A DNA stretch of 64,000 nucleotides from Piromyces finnis finn (taxonomy: Eukaryota > Fungi > Neocallimastigomycota). Under the pieces are notes generated by a model, which made no database searches, had not been told where the DNA came from, and saw only the letters and a program-made list of their open reading frames with translations. The translations under genes were made by a program, and so were the position numbers. This document shows, piece after piece, positions 1 to 14,431 of the stretch (the first letter of the stretch is position 1; each line of letters starts with the position of its first letter). The stretch covers positions 186,001 through 250,000 of the forward strand of contig MCFH01000037.1 in assembly GCA_002104945.1 (NCBI GenBank), in the 5' to 3' direction.

Positions 1-400
1 CAATATATAAATTCAATTATAACGCATTTTTTTTACATTTAAATTTTAATTTCATAAATTCAAAGACTATATTTCTAATAAAGTAATATAGAAATTATAA
101 AAATATAATTATGATAAGTATAATTATAGCTTTACATTTATATTCAATATATTTTATCATTATTAAATCTTAAATAGTATTTATTTTATTATTATTACTA
201 TTATTATTTTATTATTATTATTTTTTAAAGATATTACATTGGATTATATTGATTTTATGTATTGGTTTTATAATAAAATATAATATAGTATTTATTGAGA
301 TGGGTATTTATTTGCATTTTTACTTATTGTATTTAATTTTGGCTTAAAAAATTGAAATAGATAAATTTTGAAATCTAATTTTTTTTTTGTTTTATAAAAC

Positions 401-433
<33 letters not shown>

Positions 434-479
434 TTATATTAGTTTTTATATTATAATAATTATAAATATATTATCTATA

Positions 480-3400
480 TTATCTTATTATTGGAGTAAA
501 CCTTACATTTGGTATTTTTATCCAAATTTGAATATTATCAATTGGTATATTAATTAAATAATCCTGTATTTCGTTATAGTAATGATTAATATATTTATGG
601 AGAATTTGAAGGGATTCTGGTAGTTGCTTTTTAATAATATCAAGTGTTATTTTGTTAATAACATATTCTGTATAATTTTTTAGAAGGGCTTCTTCAAATG
701 TTATTGATTTTATACTTTCTAGTTCTTTTTGTATATTATCTGTGAATAAATTATAGTTTTCAGAGAGCTTATTAAAATATTTATATTTTCCTTCCATAGG
801 TATATTTAATGTTAAGCACTAAAGAAATAAATGTGTAGAGAAATGTATAATTTTTAATATAGAAAAAAAAAAAAATTAAGTAAAATTAATATGTTACAAT
901 TATTATTTTTCAATGCTAGTGGTGAATTTAACTTTAGTATTATATAAATTAATTATATAAATTGAATATTTACATTAAATATATGACATAAATATTTAAA
1001 AGATTGTAGTATTTTTTCTTTATTATTAATTATATTGACTTCATAAGTTTTAATATAATCTTTTGGATTTTTCAATGCTTGACCGATGAAATATTTAATT
1101 ATGATTTTTGAAATAATCTTATCTCCACCCTTTTGAAATTTATAATTAATTTCTTTATATATTTTTTGCAATAAATAATTAATTCGTCTTCATTTTGATA
1201 ATAAATATAGTAAAGAAAAGTAATTAATAAAGTTAATGGTGTATTACATTTGATAATTGAATTTGATATTAAAATTATTTTATATTTAGAAAAAAATAAA
1301 TAAATAAAAAAAGTTTATAACATACAATGGAATTGATTTAAATATTAATTTAAATCTTTCAAAAAGTTCATTAATTAAGATAGTAAAGTTTTTATAGCCT
1401 TTTTTAATTTTTACTTTTGATATTTCTTTGTACATATCAATCTTTTATATATATTTATAAAAAAAAAGAAGATAATTAATTTTGTGTTTGAAAAAAAATA
1501 ATATTTATGAATTTTTTTATTATATAATTACTTCAAATAAAGAATTTTTCTTAGTTAAACATTTTGTAATGATTGATACAAAGCTTTCTAGATAGCATTT
1601 TCCTTCAAGTCTTAAAAATTCATTTAATAAATTTGATGCAACTGTTTCATTCATAAATACATTATTTATATTATCTTTTTTTATATATTTATTTAAATAA
1701 TATTGAATAGTTAAGACAATAACCTGAATAATAAAATAAATAATCAAACATTATATAAAAATAAGTATTTACCACAATTTTTTATTTCAAATTTTATAGC
1801 TTCTTCCATTAAATAAATAGGATCACTTTCAGCAACAAAAGCATACAATAATGCCTTAGAATTGATTTTAATTTCTTCAGAATTTTTACAAAGATTAAAT
1901 AGATTGAAAACCATTTCAATATTTCGACAGAATATTAGCTAGTGTATAAAAATTTTTATTATAATAAAATAATAAAATAATATGAAATTTATTAAAAGTA
2001 TGGTTTAATAAAATTCTAATAGTATTATTTCATTATATACTAACTTCTTTAAGTTCAAGAGTAATATCTTCTGTATATTTTGTTTTATTAATTTTATCTA
2101 AATCTTTACTAATTTGATTTCTTGATATTGGCTAAATATAATTAATAATGTTTTAATAATAATAAAAATAAAAGTTATTTATTTTATTTTTGATAAATTT
2201 TAATTTTACATCTCTTGGACTAATAAATGATCTTGGGGTTAGTATCCATCCTAATATATTACTAAGATCAAATGACCATGACTTTGCAAAATCTTGCTTT
2301 AATATTTTTGAGAAATGACTCATTAATTTATCCCAAATTTCTATTTATGTAGAAAACATTTTATTTATTAAATTATTATTGTAATTTATATAAATAATTA
2401 AATATAGTTAAATATAATTTTATCATCATCATCATTATTATTTAAGCTTTATATATATATATATATATATATTATATTTATAATATACCTTTTTCCTTAT
2501 CACTAAAATTATTAAATATAGAAACATTATCATAATTTCCATATGTATGGGTAAAATAAGTTTTAAATAATATTACTGGAATGAAATCTTAAAAATTATA
2601 ATTATTAATATATTAGAAGAATATTAAAAATATTTTGTTTTTAATTATTTATTAAAATATATATCAGGACAATGTATATTATAATATGCATACTCTGAGG
2701 ATAGAATCTAATTAAATTTAATAATGTCATTCCACTATAATATAATAAGTAAAAACGTAATATTTTGTTTATATTAATTATGAATACTACTTTTTGGTAT
2801 ATATATATAAATAAATAAAAATGAAAAACATACAATTCGCCAACAGAATATTTTTCCATTTTCTTATTTTTCAATATTCTTTTAACAATTTCTCTACATC
2901 TATTAAGATTACAATCAATATCAAAACAACTTTTAATGCTTCTTATCTCATTTATTCTTTTTTCTCTAAGTATTATTAATTTTTTAATTACTATTAATCG
3001 ATGATCAATTGTAAATTCTTTATGTTCAAAAATTCTCCAGTCTTCGTTTTGCCTATAATAGTTTAGATACGTAAATTACTTTCTTTAGAAGGTAATAATA
3101 TAATATTATAAAAAAAAAATAAAGAAAGTCATAATAATATATAATTATTATTTAAAATAAATAAATTATTTATTTACGCATTATGTAATGAAGATCTTAG
3201 AATATCAGTAATAATTTCAAGGGAATCTAAAAATAGCTCTTCTTTTTCTATTTTACAAGTAAAGTAATTAAAATAATGTTATTTATTCAATATTTTTTAA
3301 ATTTTTATATGACAAATATTATTTTTTATAATATATATATATTATTGTATATTATTGTATATATAATATACCCTTTTCTTCAGGTAATAATTCAAATTTA

Positions 3401-5852
3401 TTTAAATTTAGTGTATTAATTTTTAATGGTATATCATTTTTAATATTAATTTCATTTGAATTAATATTTTCTTTGTATCTTTGTTGATGTTTTACTTCAA
3501 AACGTATTGGTGATTCAATAATTTTGGATTGCTCTTTATTTATTAATATATCAGTTGATGTTAAAGGTTTTTCTTTTGTATTTAATGGTTTGATCATGTT
3601 TTCTTCTTCTACATTTAAAATTAACTTCTTTGCTATAATTTTGTTTTTGAATTCATTAACTTTAGTGAATGCATTTAATATATTTTGTTGATTATCTACA
3701 TTTAATAATTTTTCTTGTCGTTTTTCTTGAAGTAAATCAGATGAATCTTTATTTGAAATATTTGAATTAATTTCATTTTCATTATTATTTAAATCAATTG
3801 GATCATTTTCTTTTTTTAAATTGAGAGTATTATTTATCAATAAATTAGAACTGAATAAATTTTTTAGTATATTGAGATTGCTATTAATATTATCTTTGTC
3901 TGAATATATTAATTGTAATAATAATAAAAACATAATTATTAATAAAAATAAAAATTTAATTATATTATGCATATAAATAACAGGATTTAGAAGAGTTATA
4001 TTTACTTTTTATGGATGTAGAAAATCCCTATATTAATAATAATAATGGTATATTTGAATTTTTTATGTTAATAATTATATAGAATATAATATAATGTATA
4101 TTAATTATTACCTTTGAGTTTTTTTTATTATCAAGCTTATATAATAAACTATTATTTATATTAGGTTTACTATTAATATTTGTATTATGTAAATGATGCT
4201 TATTATGATTATCATGTAAACGTAATGGCTCAGTTGTTGTTATTTCTGAAATAGTTAAATCTTTTATGATTTTTGGTTTAAAGGTTTGTGGAACGAAATT
4301 AGTATCAGGTTGATTTTCTTTATCAATTTTTTCAGTTTCTAATTCATAATTACTATTATCAAGTAATAACGAAGTTTCTTCACCATTATGTGTATTATAA
4401 CTATCTTGCATAATTTCTGATTTTGATAACTTATTGCTTTGCTCTTTCTCATATAAATCATCATTTATTGTATACTTTGGATTATTATCTTCTATATCAT
4501 TTTTATTGTCTATTATTTCATTTATTCTATGAAATTCAATATTCTGGTTATTTTCATTTTTCTCATTAAAAAGGAAATCCTCATCTAGATTTTCATAAGA
4601 GATTTTATTATCATTTTGCAATTTATTTTCAAATTGATCCAGGGAAATGTTTTTGTTTAAATCTTGATTATTAATACTATCATCATTAATTGATATTTTA
4701 TTTTCATTTTCTTCACTTCTTATTTTATGATTATCTATATTTTTATCTTCTGGTATTTTTAATTCAATCATTATATCATCGCAATCCTCATTAAGTGAGA
4801 GTAATTCATTAGATCTTTTTATCATTAAATCGTTTTTTAAGTTATCATTATTGCTTTTTTCATTTTCATTATTATTTTCTTTTTCTGTTTTAACATTAGT
4901 TTTTATAGAAATTGAAAATATATTATCATTATTGTTATTATTGCTATTATTATATAATGGTAATTTTTCTGTATTAACATTTGGTGTATTAAAGATAGAG
5001 GCAGATATATCTGTATTATTGATGCCATTACTAATATTTATATCTGGGGTATCATTACATGAAATTGTATTATTATCAATAGTATATGACAAACCTTTGT
5101 ATGATGTGTTTTTATTTTTAGATAAATTTTTGTTAGTAGGCGTATTATATGAATATTTACTACTAATATTTATAGATGAATTTAATTTTGGTGTATGATA
5201 TAACTCATTATTGTCTGGAAAATTATTTAAGTATTTATATTGCGGTGATACGGAACAATCATAATTAATATTATCATCATCATTACTTTTTACTGATTTA
5301 TTTTTTTCATAACTACTTATATTTTCACTTTTATTTATTGATATATTCTAAATATAAATAAATAAATAAATATTAAATATAAATTAGTAATAAAAGATAT
5401 TATTATTATATATTATCATATTTACATATTTATATAATAATAATAATAATAATATATATATATAATCCAATATTTACAATTGAGGAATCTTTTTTTTGTT
5501 TTTGAATATAAGAACTTTCATCAGAAATTAATTCAGAAATAACTCTTTCATGAATTTTATAGGTATTTTCTTCATTATCATATTCTTGTTTATTATTAAT
5601 ATTATTTTTGTTGATTTCATTTGTACACTCTGTTGATGTTTTATTAGTGGGTGTGCTTTTAAATTCGTTATTTCTAAATTTATTCATTTCATTTAATGTA
5701 AATGAATCTATATTATGTATTGTACTATCAATATTATTTTTATTAATTTCATTAGTATATTCTGTTGCTATTTTAATTTCATTATTTTTATTGATTAATG
5801 GTGAATTCATGTTATTAACTTCACTAATATATTCTGTTGCCATTTTAATTTC

Positions 5853-5931
<79 letters not shown>

Positions 5932-7839
5932 GTAGTAGTAGTAGTTGAAAATAGATTTATATTATTAACATCATCATTATCATTATCATTATCAGCTGAA
6001 AATAATTTCATATTATTAATCTTATTAATATGTTCTGTTGCAATTTTAATTTCATTATTTTTGTTAATTATAGATGAGCTCATATCATAGCTATTATCAA
6101 CAACATTTTTGTCAATTCTATTAATAAGTTCCTCAGTTATTTTAATTTCATTATTTTTATCAACTAATAATGAATTTACTTCATATTTATCGTTACTTTG
6201 TTTTGATTCAACCTGATATTCGTTTTTTAAAATCATACTGTTTTTTTCATTTGTAAAATTAATATTTGTTTTATTACCAAACAAATTATTATTGGTAAAA
6301 TTATTATAAACATCATTATGCATGTTAGTATTATTCATATTATTTATATTTTCATTAAGCTGTTTTATTTCATCGCATTTATTTATATCATGCTTATTAT
6401 TTATATCATATAAATTATTTTCACTTATTATTTCATTGTTATTACTATTTATATGCTTATCTCTAGTTTCCAAAGAATTTGTTTTATTATCATTTCCATT
6501 TTCATGAAAATTTTTACTTTTATATATTTCATCATTAATTATTATATTATCTATTTTACTAGAATAATCCTTTTTCATACTCTTTTTTAGTTCATTCGTG
6601 TTAAATTCTTCAGAACTAACAAATACTTTTTCATTTGATTTATTATTATAAGAATTAGTTTTGAAATTACTATTATTATTTCTAATGTAATTATTTTCAA
6701 TATTTATTTTATTATAAATATTATCTTTCATTGTATTAATATTTCTTTTTCCATTTTCTATATTATTATAAATATCTTTATTTTCAATGACATTGTTTAT
6801 AGGATCGTAATTATTAAAATCTCCAGCTGTAATATCAATTCTAATATCATTAGTGTTACTGCTATTATATTGATTATATTTTTTTTCAGGGATATATTTA
6901 TTATTATTTTGATAATTGTATGAAGGTATTGGATTATTATTATTACAAGTATAATATGGTTCATGGCGATGATGATAATACTGATATGGATTGATATACA
7001 TATTTATTGAACCATTATAATTATTTGGATAATTATTCATTTCAGCACTATTTCTTTCAATATTTCTATAATCTTCACTATTACTTTTAGTATAGTAATC
7101 TTCATAATTTTGTGCATTTCTTTGTGTATAATTGACATTTTGATTAAAGTCTCTATTAGAATTGGTATTATAATTATTATATATATCAGATGATATTGTA
7201 TTTGGTTCTGATAAATGTATTGGATATAAATCTTGATCATATTCAGTATTAATGTTTTTTAAATTATAAAGTGGTGAATAACTTATATTATAGTTTGGTG
7301 AGCATTGATATCTGTTATCATAATCAAAATTTGTAGAATCATAATCAATATAATAACTATTATTTCTTTTTGAATCATAAGAGAATTTTCTATTAGTTTC
7401 ATTTCTGTTGTTACTTAAATTGCTTTTTATAATACGATGATTTCTGCAATTTTTAGTATCTCTTTGTTGCTCTTTATTTTTAAGAGCATATTCGTGAAAT
7501 TTTTGACGGTAAGAATTATAATCATTGCGATTTTCAAATTTATATGAATTATATATTTTTGGACTATGATTATTATAATCTTTATTTAAGAACATTGATG
7601 AATTGGTGTATTCTCTTGAATTTCGGATTCTTGTAGATTTTCTTCTCCTTTCATTCAATTTATCAATCATGTCATCAATATCCTTTTTATAATAATAAAA
7701 ATGTTATATTATGAAATTAAATTAATATATATAATGTGCTATTTAATATTAAACGATATTTTATAAATACTTTTATAAATGAGCTGTTTTTTGAGTACGT
7801 ATTTGAATAGTCAAAATTCTCAATATTATGCATATTCAT
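480..7839 (-). CDS. Very large multi-exon Asn-rich low-complexity protein with a C-terminal degenerate RasGAP-like domain
   Basis: Track ORFs 5430..7670, 4028..5092, 3352..3972, 1520..1747, 953..1171 and 480..797 join in frame through GT-AG introns. Examples: first exon 7771-7839 MNMHNIENF...SFIK|DIDDMIDKL, and a 22-nt micro-exon 4006-4027 GFSTSIK|NKDN. The C-terminal exons give NNVFMNETVASNLLNEFLRLEGKCYLESF...SLFEID...KSIPLRINYLLQKIYKEINYKFQ...KIISKIIIKYFIGQALKNP, which follows the p120GAP/neurofibromin pattern (FRATTLASTLMEQY...PPTLRYIYGCLQKSVQHKWP...VVSGFVFLRLICPAILNP). The exon joins are well supported; the domain call is moderately supported. Confidence 0.6.
5857..5931 (-). repeat. Coding (AAT)n trinucleotide repeat, about 25 Asn
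   Basis: Perfect (tta)n on the + strand inside the 5430..7670 exon, translated as the poly-N run after TTTTT. Confidence 0.95.
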
Positions 7840-8369
7840 TTTTTCAATTTTTTTTAGTAATTAAAAAACATATAAGAAATTAATAGAAAAATATTTAAAT
7901 TAATATAAAAATAATTTAAAGTATTATAAATCTTTAAGAATTATTCAAACTAATGTTATGCCTTTTTCTTGGAAAAGAACCAAAATATATATATATATAC
8001 AAAAAAAAAAAAAAAAAAAAGGAAAGAAAAAATGTATATATAAATAAAAAATAAAAAAGCAAAACAAACAAACAAACAATTTATATATTTAAATTAAAAT
8101 GGAATATTTATATTATTTTATATTATATTTTTAGTATTAAATGATTAAATGAAAATATCATCTTTTTATTTGTATTGAATGTATTGAATATTGAATTTAT
8201 ATTTTTTTTTGAAAAAATTTTATTTAATAAATTTTTATATATTTTTAAAAGTTTAAAAAAAAATATAAATTAAAATTTTAATTAATGTAAATTAAATTTA
8301 GAAAATTTTAAAAAATATTATGTTTATTGTAATTTGTGGAATAATAACTTTGGATTAAAATTCAAAATA

Positions 8370-8628
<259 letters not shown>

Positions 8629-8940
8629 AAATTCTTGTTTTAATATAATCTTAAATCTAAACTAAGGGCAACTAATATTTAAATTTATATGTCTTTTTAA
8701 AGATTAAAAAGAGAATGTAGTTCAGATATTAAAAAAAAAAAACAATTTATATTTTAAAAATAAAATTTTCAAAAATATATAAATAACTTTATTATTAAAA
8801 ATGTATTTTTATTATTTTATATATATATTTTTTTATTCTAAAATATATGTTTATAGATTTAAAATAAATTAAATAATTTGGAAAATGATAAGTATATATT
8901 TTGATTTAAGATTCTAAATTTCTATAAATTAATGATTGAT

Positions 8941-10838
8941 TTATTCAGTTTTTTCTTGCTTAGTTTCTGGTTCACCTTCTGGAGCATCTTCAGCCTTACG
9001 TTTGTTATTACGTTTGAATTTACCACCGCTTCTTCTTCTCATTTTTTGACGGAATTCAAGGTAAGCCTTTAATAAAGCTTCCTTTTCTTCATCTATAAAT
9101 TGTAAAATTATATAAATAATTATTATTATTTATATTAATATTTGTTATTTGATAAATATTTATTTTATATCCTATTTTATATTTACCAGTAGAAACTTGA
9201 GAAGTAACTTCGACTTCAGTATCAGTAATTTTTTGATTATTAATCTTTTCATTTATAGCAGCGGCATCAGTTTCGTCAAAGAAAGCACCACCAGTAGTGC
9301 TATTATTAACATAGTTAACCCAGGTAAGATTACCCTTGGAAGCAAGGAAAGTCTATTAAAAAATAAAATTTATTTTAGTAACAATAGTTAAATATTTATT
9401 ATAAAATTATATTAATATTTTATTTATATTAACCTTAAGAGCACTGAAAGCAGTAGCAGTACTAAGTTTGAATGAGATAACAGCACTTTCGTTGAATTTC
9501 TTAGTATCATTCTTAATAATTTCTTCTTCTTCTTCCTTATTCTTCTTTTCAATGGCCTTCCATTCTTCCTTTTCTTCTTCTGAAACAAGAGATGGTAAGT
9601 ATGAAAGTTGACGAGTTAATCTTTTCTTTTGCTTTAATCCTGGGAATTCACTCCTAATTATATTAAGTATTACAAATATTTTAGAGTGTTTATTTTATAA
9701 TTTTTGTAAAAACAAAATATTGGTTACATAATCGAATTGCTATATTTAATATATTCAGAATATTTACTTTTTCATAATGTTGATTTCAACTTCGTTGAAT
9801 GGAAGTTTCTTGGATAAAATAGTTTCAACATCTTCTTTAGTTTTTAATTCAACAAAGGCTTCACCCTTTAATAATTATTAATTATAAAATTTAAAATTTT
9901 TAAAATCAACAAAAAAAGGCTTATTTATAATTTATTAATTACTTTGAAAGTACGGTTCTTGTTTCTAAAAGCATTAATGTGAACAGCTTCAATTTCATAT
10001 TTAGTTAAGTATTCTTCAATAGCTTCAACAGGTTTGCTGACTGAAGTTGGAATACCTTGCTGTTATTATAATAAAAGTTAAAAATTAATTTCATTATTTT
10101 TTTATATAATAAATAAAATAAACATTTATTATCATTTTCTTCGCATAATGTTTGTTATTATTTAATGTTATTAATATAAAATATAACTTACAATATAGAT
10201 ACTTCTTTCAATAGTTTCATCAGATTTTGGCTTAATTTGAGTCTTTCTTCTGATTTGAGTACCGTTTTCATTTAATTCTAATAATTCGACGGATTTTTTG
10301 ACAGCATTTTTAATAACTTCTGGATCAGTGGTTAAAGACTTTAATCTGTTGAATCTAAGTAAAACTTCAATGTCAACCCCTATTGATTTTATAATGTGTT
10401 TTATTTATCCATTTTAATTAAAAATTTTAAATAAAGGGTTATAAATATTTTAGAATTTTATTTTAATTAAGATATTCATATTTAATTATCTATTTAATTG
10501 TTCTTTTTTTCTATATCTTTTCTACATATTATTGTCATTATCAATATCATTATTATACTTTTTTTTTTTTTTTTGTAAAAGGTGAAATAAATACTAACAT
10601 CCTTGTGGGTCACTGTTAACAGTTTCCCATAAGAACTTGTCTTTTGGGAGATTAGCATCAGAGAAGTAGTACTTTTTAATTATAAATATAATATAAATAT
10701 AAAATAATATAAAAAATATTAATAATCTTATATTAACATTTTAAAGAATTATTATCATTATTAAATATTTATAAAAATTCGAGAATTGATAAAACAAATA
10801 TATACTTCAATTTGTTTTAAAATTTTAGCTTCAGTCAT
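8941..10838 (-). CDS. SSB: La autoantigen homolog (La motif + RRM1 + RRM2 + basic/NLS tail), multi-exon
   Basis: Spliced translation MTEAKILKQI|EYYFSDANLPKDKFLWETVNSDPQG|WVDIEVLLRFNRLKSL is a La motif. RNP1-like FK|GEAFVELKT follows. The C-terminus KRKAEDAPEGEPETKQEKTE* resembles the human La NLS region. ATG at 10836-10838, TAA at 8941-8943. Confidence 0.9.
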
Positions 10839-11478
10839 TTTGTATATTATGATAAAAATAATGAGAAGAGCAAATTTTTTATAAAAAAAAAAAAATTAAT
10901 AGTATTTTTTTGATCTACCAATCTTTGGTTAGTATATTTATATTGAATAATATATTTTAAGTATATTATAATATATTAAATATTTGAAATAAAACTTTAT
11001 TTATATTACATTTTATATGGTTAAATTAAATAATATTAATAAAAGAATATTTTTATTAACATTTTATATATTAAATTTTTGTCGAAATGTGAATTAATTA
11101 TGATATTTATGTTATTTTATTTTCTGTTATTACTATTATTATTATTATTATTATTATTATTTTTAAATATGATATATATTTATATATATTTGAAAAAAAA
11201 TTATCATATATCATATATAATGTAATGAAAATTACAGTTAAAAAGAATTTATTAAAACTATTTAAGATGATATAACATATAATTGATAAAGCATTATTTA
11301 AATTTTAGATAAGATGAAGTATGTTATTTAAGTTCAAAAAATAAAAAAAAAAAAATAAAAAGAAAAAATAAATATAATTAAAAAAAATATTAATAAATAA
11401 AGGAAATAAATAATAATAATAAAAAAAAAATCTCAGATATAAGATTATTTTTCGTTGTTAAAAGAAAAAACACTTTGA

Positions 11479-11668
11479 TTAATTTGATGATGATGATACA
11501 TCACTGTTGCCATTTTTGTTATTAGAAATACTATTATCTTGATTATTACTTGAATTTTGTGTGGTATTTGATTCATTAATTATATTATTGCGATTTAATT
11601 CATTGTTATCAATTTCAATAACAAATGTTCTATTATTATTTTCGGGATTATATTGATTATTTAAATTT

Positions 11669-11700
<32 letters not shown>

Positions 11701-12646
11701 GCTATTATAAGCATCATCATTGAAATCATCTCTATCACTGTCACTATCTATTCCAGCAAATAATGCACTTAATAGAGAAATCTTGGATGTTTTCTTTTCA
11801 TTGTATCTAGCGCCTTCAAATAAATAAACTGAAGGTTTAGCAAGGGTATATTTAAGTTCTTCATTTTTATTAATTTTTACATCGCTGATTTCCCACTCAC
11901 ATCTTCTACACAATTCTTTGATAATATCATCACTATAACCCAATAATTGAACATCAAATGGAGGAACGTGCGTTAGAGATTCTAGATTAATTAATATTTG
12001 AGGAATATGATGAGGTATTTTTCCTTTTTTTTTTTTTAAGTCGCATATTATCAAATTGAAAGATTATTTTTTTATATATAATTATATTAAAACATAATAA
12101 TTAATACATTTATATATACTTTTAAAAATTATTACTATAAAAAATATTATATATGTAAATTACCTATTATATCAGCAACGGGACTAACTTTTAGAGATGA
12201 ACCCATAACAATTAATAAATCACATTTTTCTCTATCTTTTTGGAAATATTTTCCAAACTCATCAGGTAACTTTTCACCGAAGAATACAATATTTGGCTAT
12301 TTTAGATGAAATATTACAATTTATTATAATATTAAAATCAATTTAATAATTTAATATTTTATTTAATGCTATCTCAATTAACTACAAACCTTAAGTACAG
12401 CATCATCTAAATCTTTTGGGCAAACAGGACATATAGGTACTTCCTATTTTATTACATATTAAATATTATTAATAATAGTTTATATTTATTTTTAAGTAAT
12501 ATGCTATTTTTATTTCAATAATACAATATAAACCTTTTTAAAGATAGCTTCTTCGATACTGCTTCCTGGAACTTTATAACCGCATCTAATACATGATGCA
12601 TAAGCAAATGATCCTATTGTGAGTAAAATTGATAAGAAACTTAAAT

Positions 12647-12693
<47 letters not shown>

Positions 12694-14162
12694 AAAAGTA
12701 ATATTAACTTACCATGACATTGAACCATTTTTGTAATTCCTGCTTTTTGTTCTAAAGTGTCAATATTTTGTGTATAATTTCTTAATAATTTACCTTTATC
12801 TTCAAGTAACTTTATAAATTTATGGGAAGGTGATGGTTCATAATTACTTGGATATAATTCCTTTTAAAACATTATTTTAAAGAAAAAAATTATTAAGATA
12901 TTTCCTATCATTTAATATTTGGATAAATATATAATAAATATATACATGTGCAAAAGAGTAAAAAGTTTGGGGACAAATTCTAAAATACTCCATATCAAAC
13001 ATCTGCTGTGGTTCATCCAAATCAAATTCATCTAACCGTGAATATACACCATTTTCGGATCTAAAATCAGGAATACCACAAGAAACAGAAACCTATAAAA
13101 GAATTTTTTTTTTTAAATTATTTTTACAATAAGAAAACAATAGAATAATTAGTTAAACAATTATTATAAATATTCACTTATTTGTTTACTTACTCCTGCA
13201 CCAGTTAAAACTATTATATTATTAGATTTCTTTATTAATTCAACAACATCCTATTTTTAAATTTAAATCAAATTTATGTTTTTTTTTTTTTTAAGTAAGA
13301 GCATGAATAAAAACTAAAAATACTAATTAAAAATGCTGCTAAAAAAATAATTACTTCGATAGTATTAACAGTTTTAAGTTTTTGACGTCTTCTATTATAT
13401 CTAGCCATAATAATTCTTAATAATGGTATTAATTGAAAGTTTTTATAACCATCAAGTGATGGTGGTATTTCTACATCAAATAATGAAATTAGAGATCTTG
13501 CTGAATAATAACCATATTTCATCATAAAAGCATCAAATCCTAATATAATAATTTATTAAGGGTGGAACTTATAAGTCTTATTAAACTTTTTTTTTTTTTT
13601 TCTTTTTTTTTTTAAAATTACCTAATTCATGAGCTTCACTTCTCATTTTCTCTTTTGTTTCTTCATCAAATTCATGAACCTCTTCCTTTTCTATTTCCTC
13701 TTCACTTTCTGAATTATCATTTTCACTTTCTTCCTCCTCTTCTTCTTCTTCACTTTCATTTCCAATAATATCTATTTGATCATCTGAATTAGCATTATGA
13801 GTGGCGTTTATTATTTCAACTTCACTACTGTTATCATCCTCTATTATTTTTATTTCATGATTCTTTTTTTCTTCTTCATTTATATGTTTTCCTACATTAA
13901 CATTATCATCCATATCTTTTTTATCTCCCGGTTCGGTTTTGTTTGAATTATTTTTTGTAAAATTAAAATCAAATTCGAAATTACATTTATATTCGTTTTT
14001 TGGACCGTTAATATTTGGATTATTTATTTCTCTATTAAAAATTTCGTTTTCTGGCTTAGCAAATGAATTGTCTATATAATTACTACTATAATTCATAAAA
14101 TTGCGTTGTCTTTTACGTGGTGGCAAATTTTCATCAGTTAATTGAAGAGGTCTTGTGCTCAT
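11479..14162 (-). CDS. SIR2: NAD-dependent deacetylase, class I sirtuin (Sir2/Hst1/SIRT1-like), multi-exon
   Basis: Spliced motifs: IIVLTGAG|[32 protein letters not shown]|SFA, Zn ligands CIRC and [33 protein letters not shown]. The N-terminus is acidic and low-complexity. Confidence 0.92.
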
Positions 14163-14208
14163 TATTTATATTATATATTTCTTTGTTTCTTTATTAAATT
14201 ACAATGTT

Positions 14209-14246
<38 letters not shown>

Positions 14247-14389
14247 TTTTCTAAAAAAAAAATTTATATAAAATAGGAAAATAGGATTAAAATTAAATAT
14301 AAGTTTATGTTTATTTTTTGTTTGATTTCTTTTCTTTTCTTTTCTTTTCTTTTCTTTTCTTTTCTTTTCTTTTCTTTTCTTTCTTTCTT

Positions 14390-14426
<37 letters not shown>
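14209..14426. repeat. Poly-T tracts and (TTTTC)n array immediately upstream of the sirtuin ATG
   Basis: Visible runs at about 14209-14250 and 14330-14426. Poly(dA:dT) disfavours nucleosomes and is a common promoter element in fungi. Confidence 0.8.

Positions 14427-14431
<5 letters not shown>

Noticed and set aside
3900-3972. Apparent signal peptide (MHNIIKFLFLLIIMFLLLLQ) suggesting a separate secreted protein
   Set aside because: This stretch lies inside a GT-AG intron (about 3898-4005) of the larger gene; the hydrophobicity comes from T-rich intron sequence.
4851-6507. Plus-strand hydrophobic ORFs (4851..5198, 5608..6090, 6322..6507)
   Set aside because: They are antisense shadows of Asn/Lys-rich codons of the minus-strand gene.
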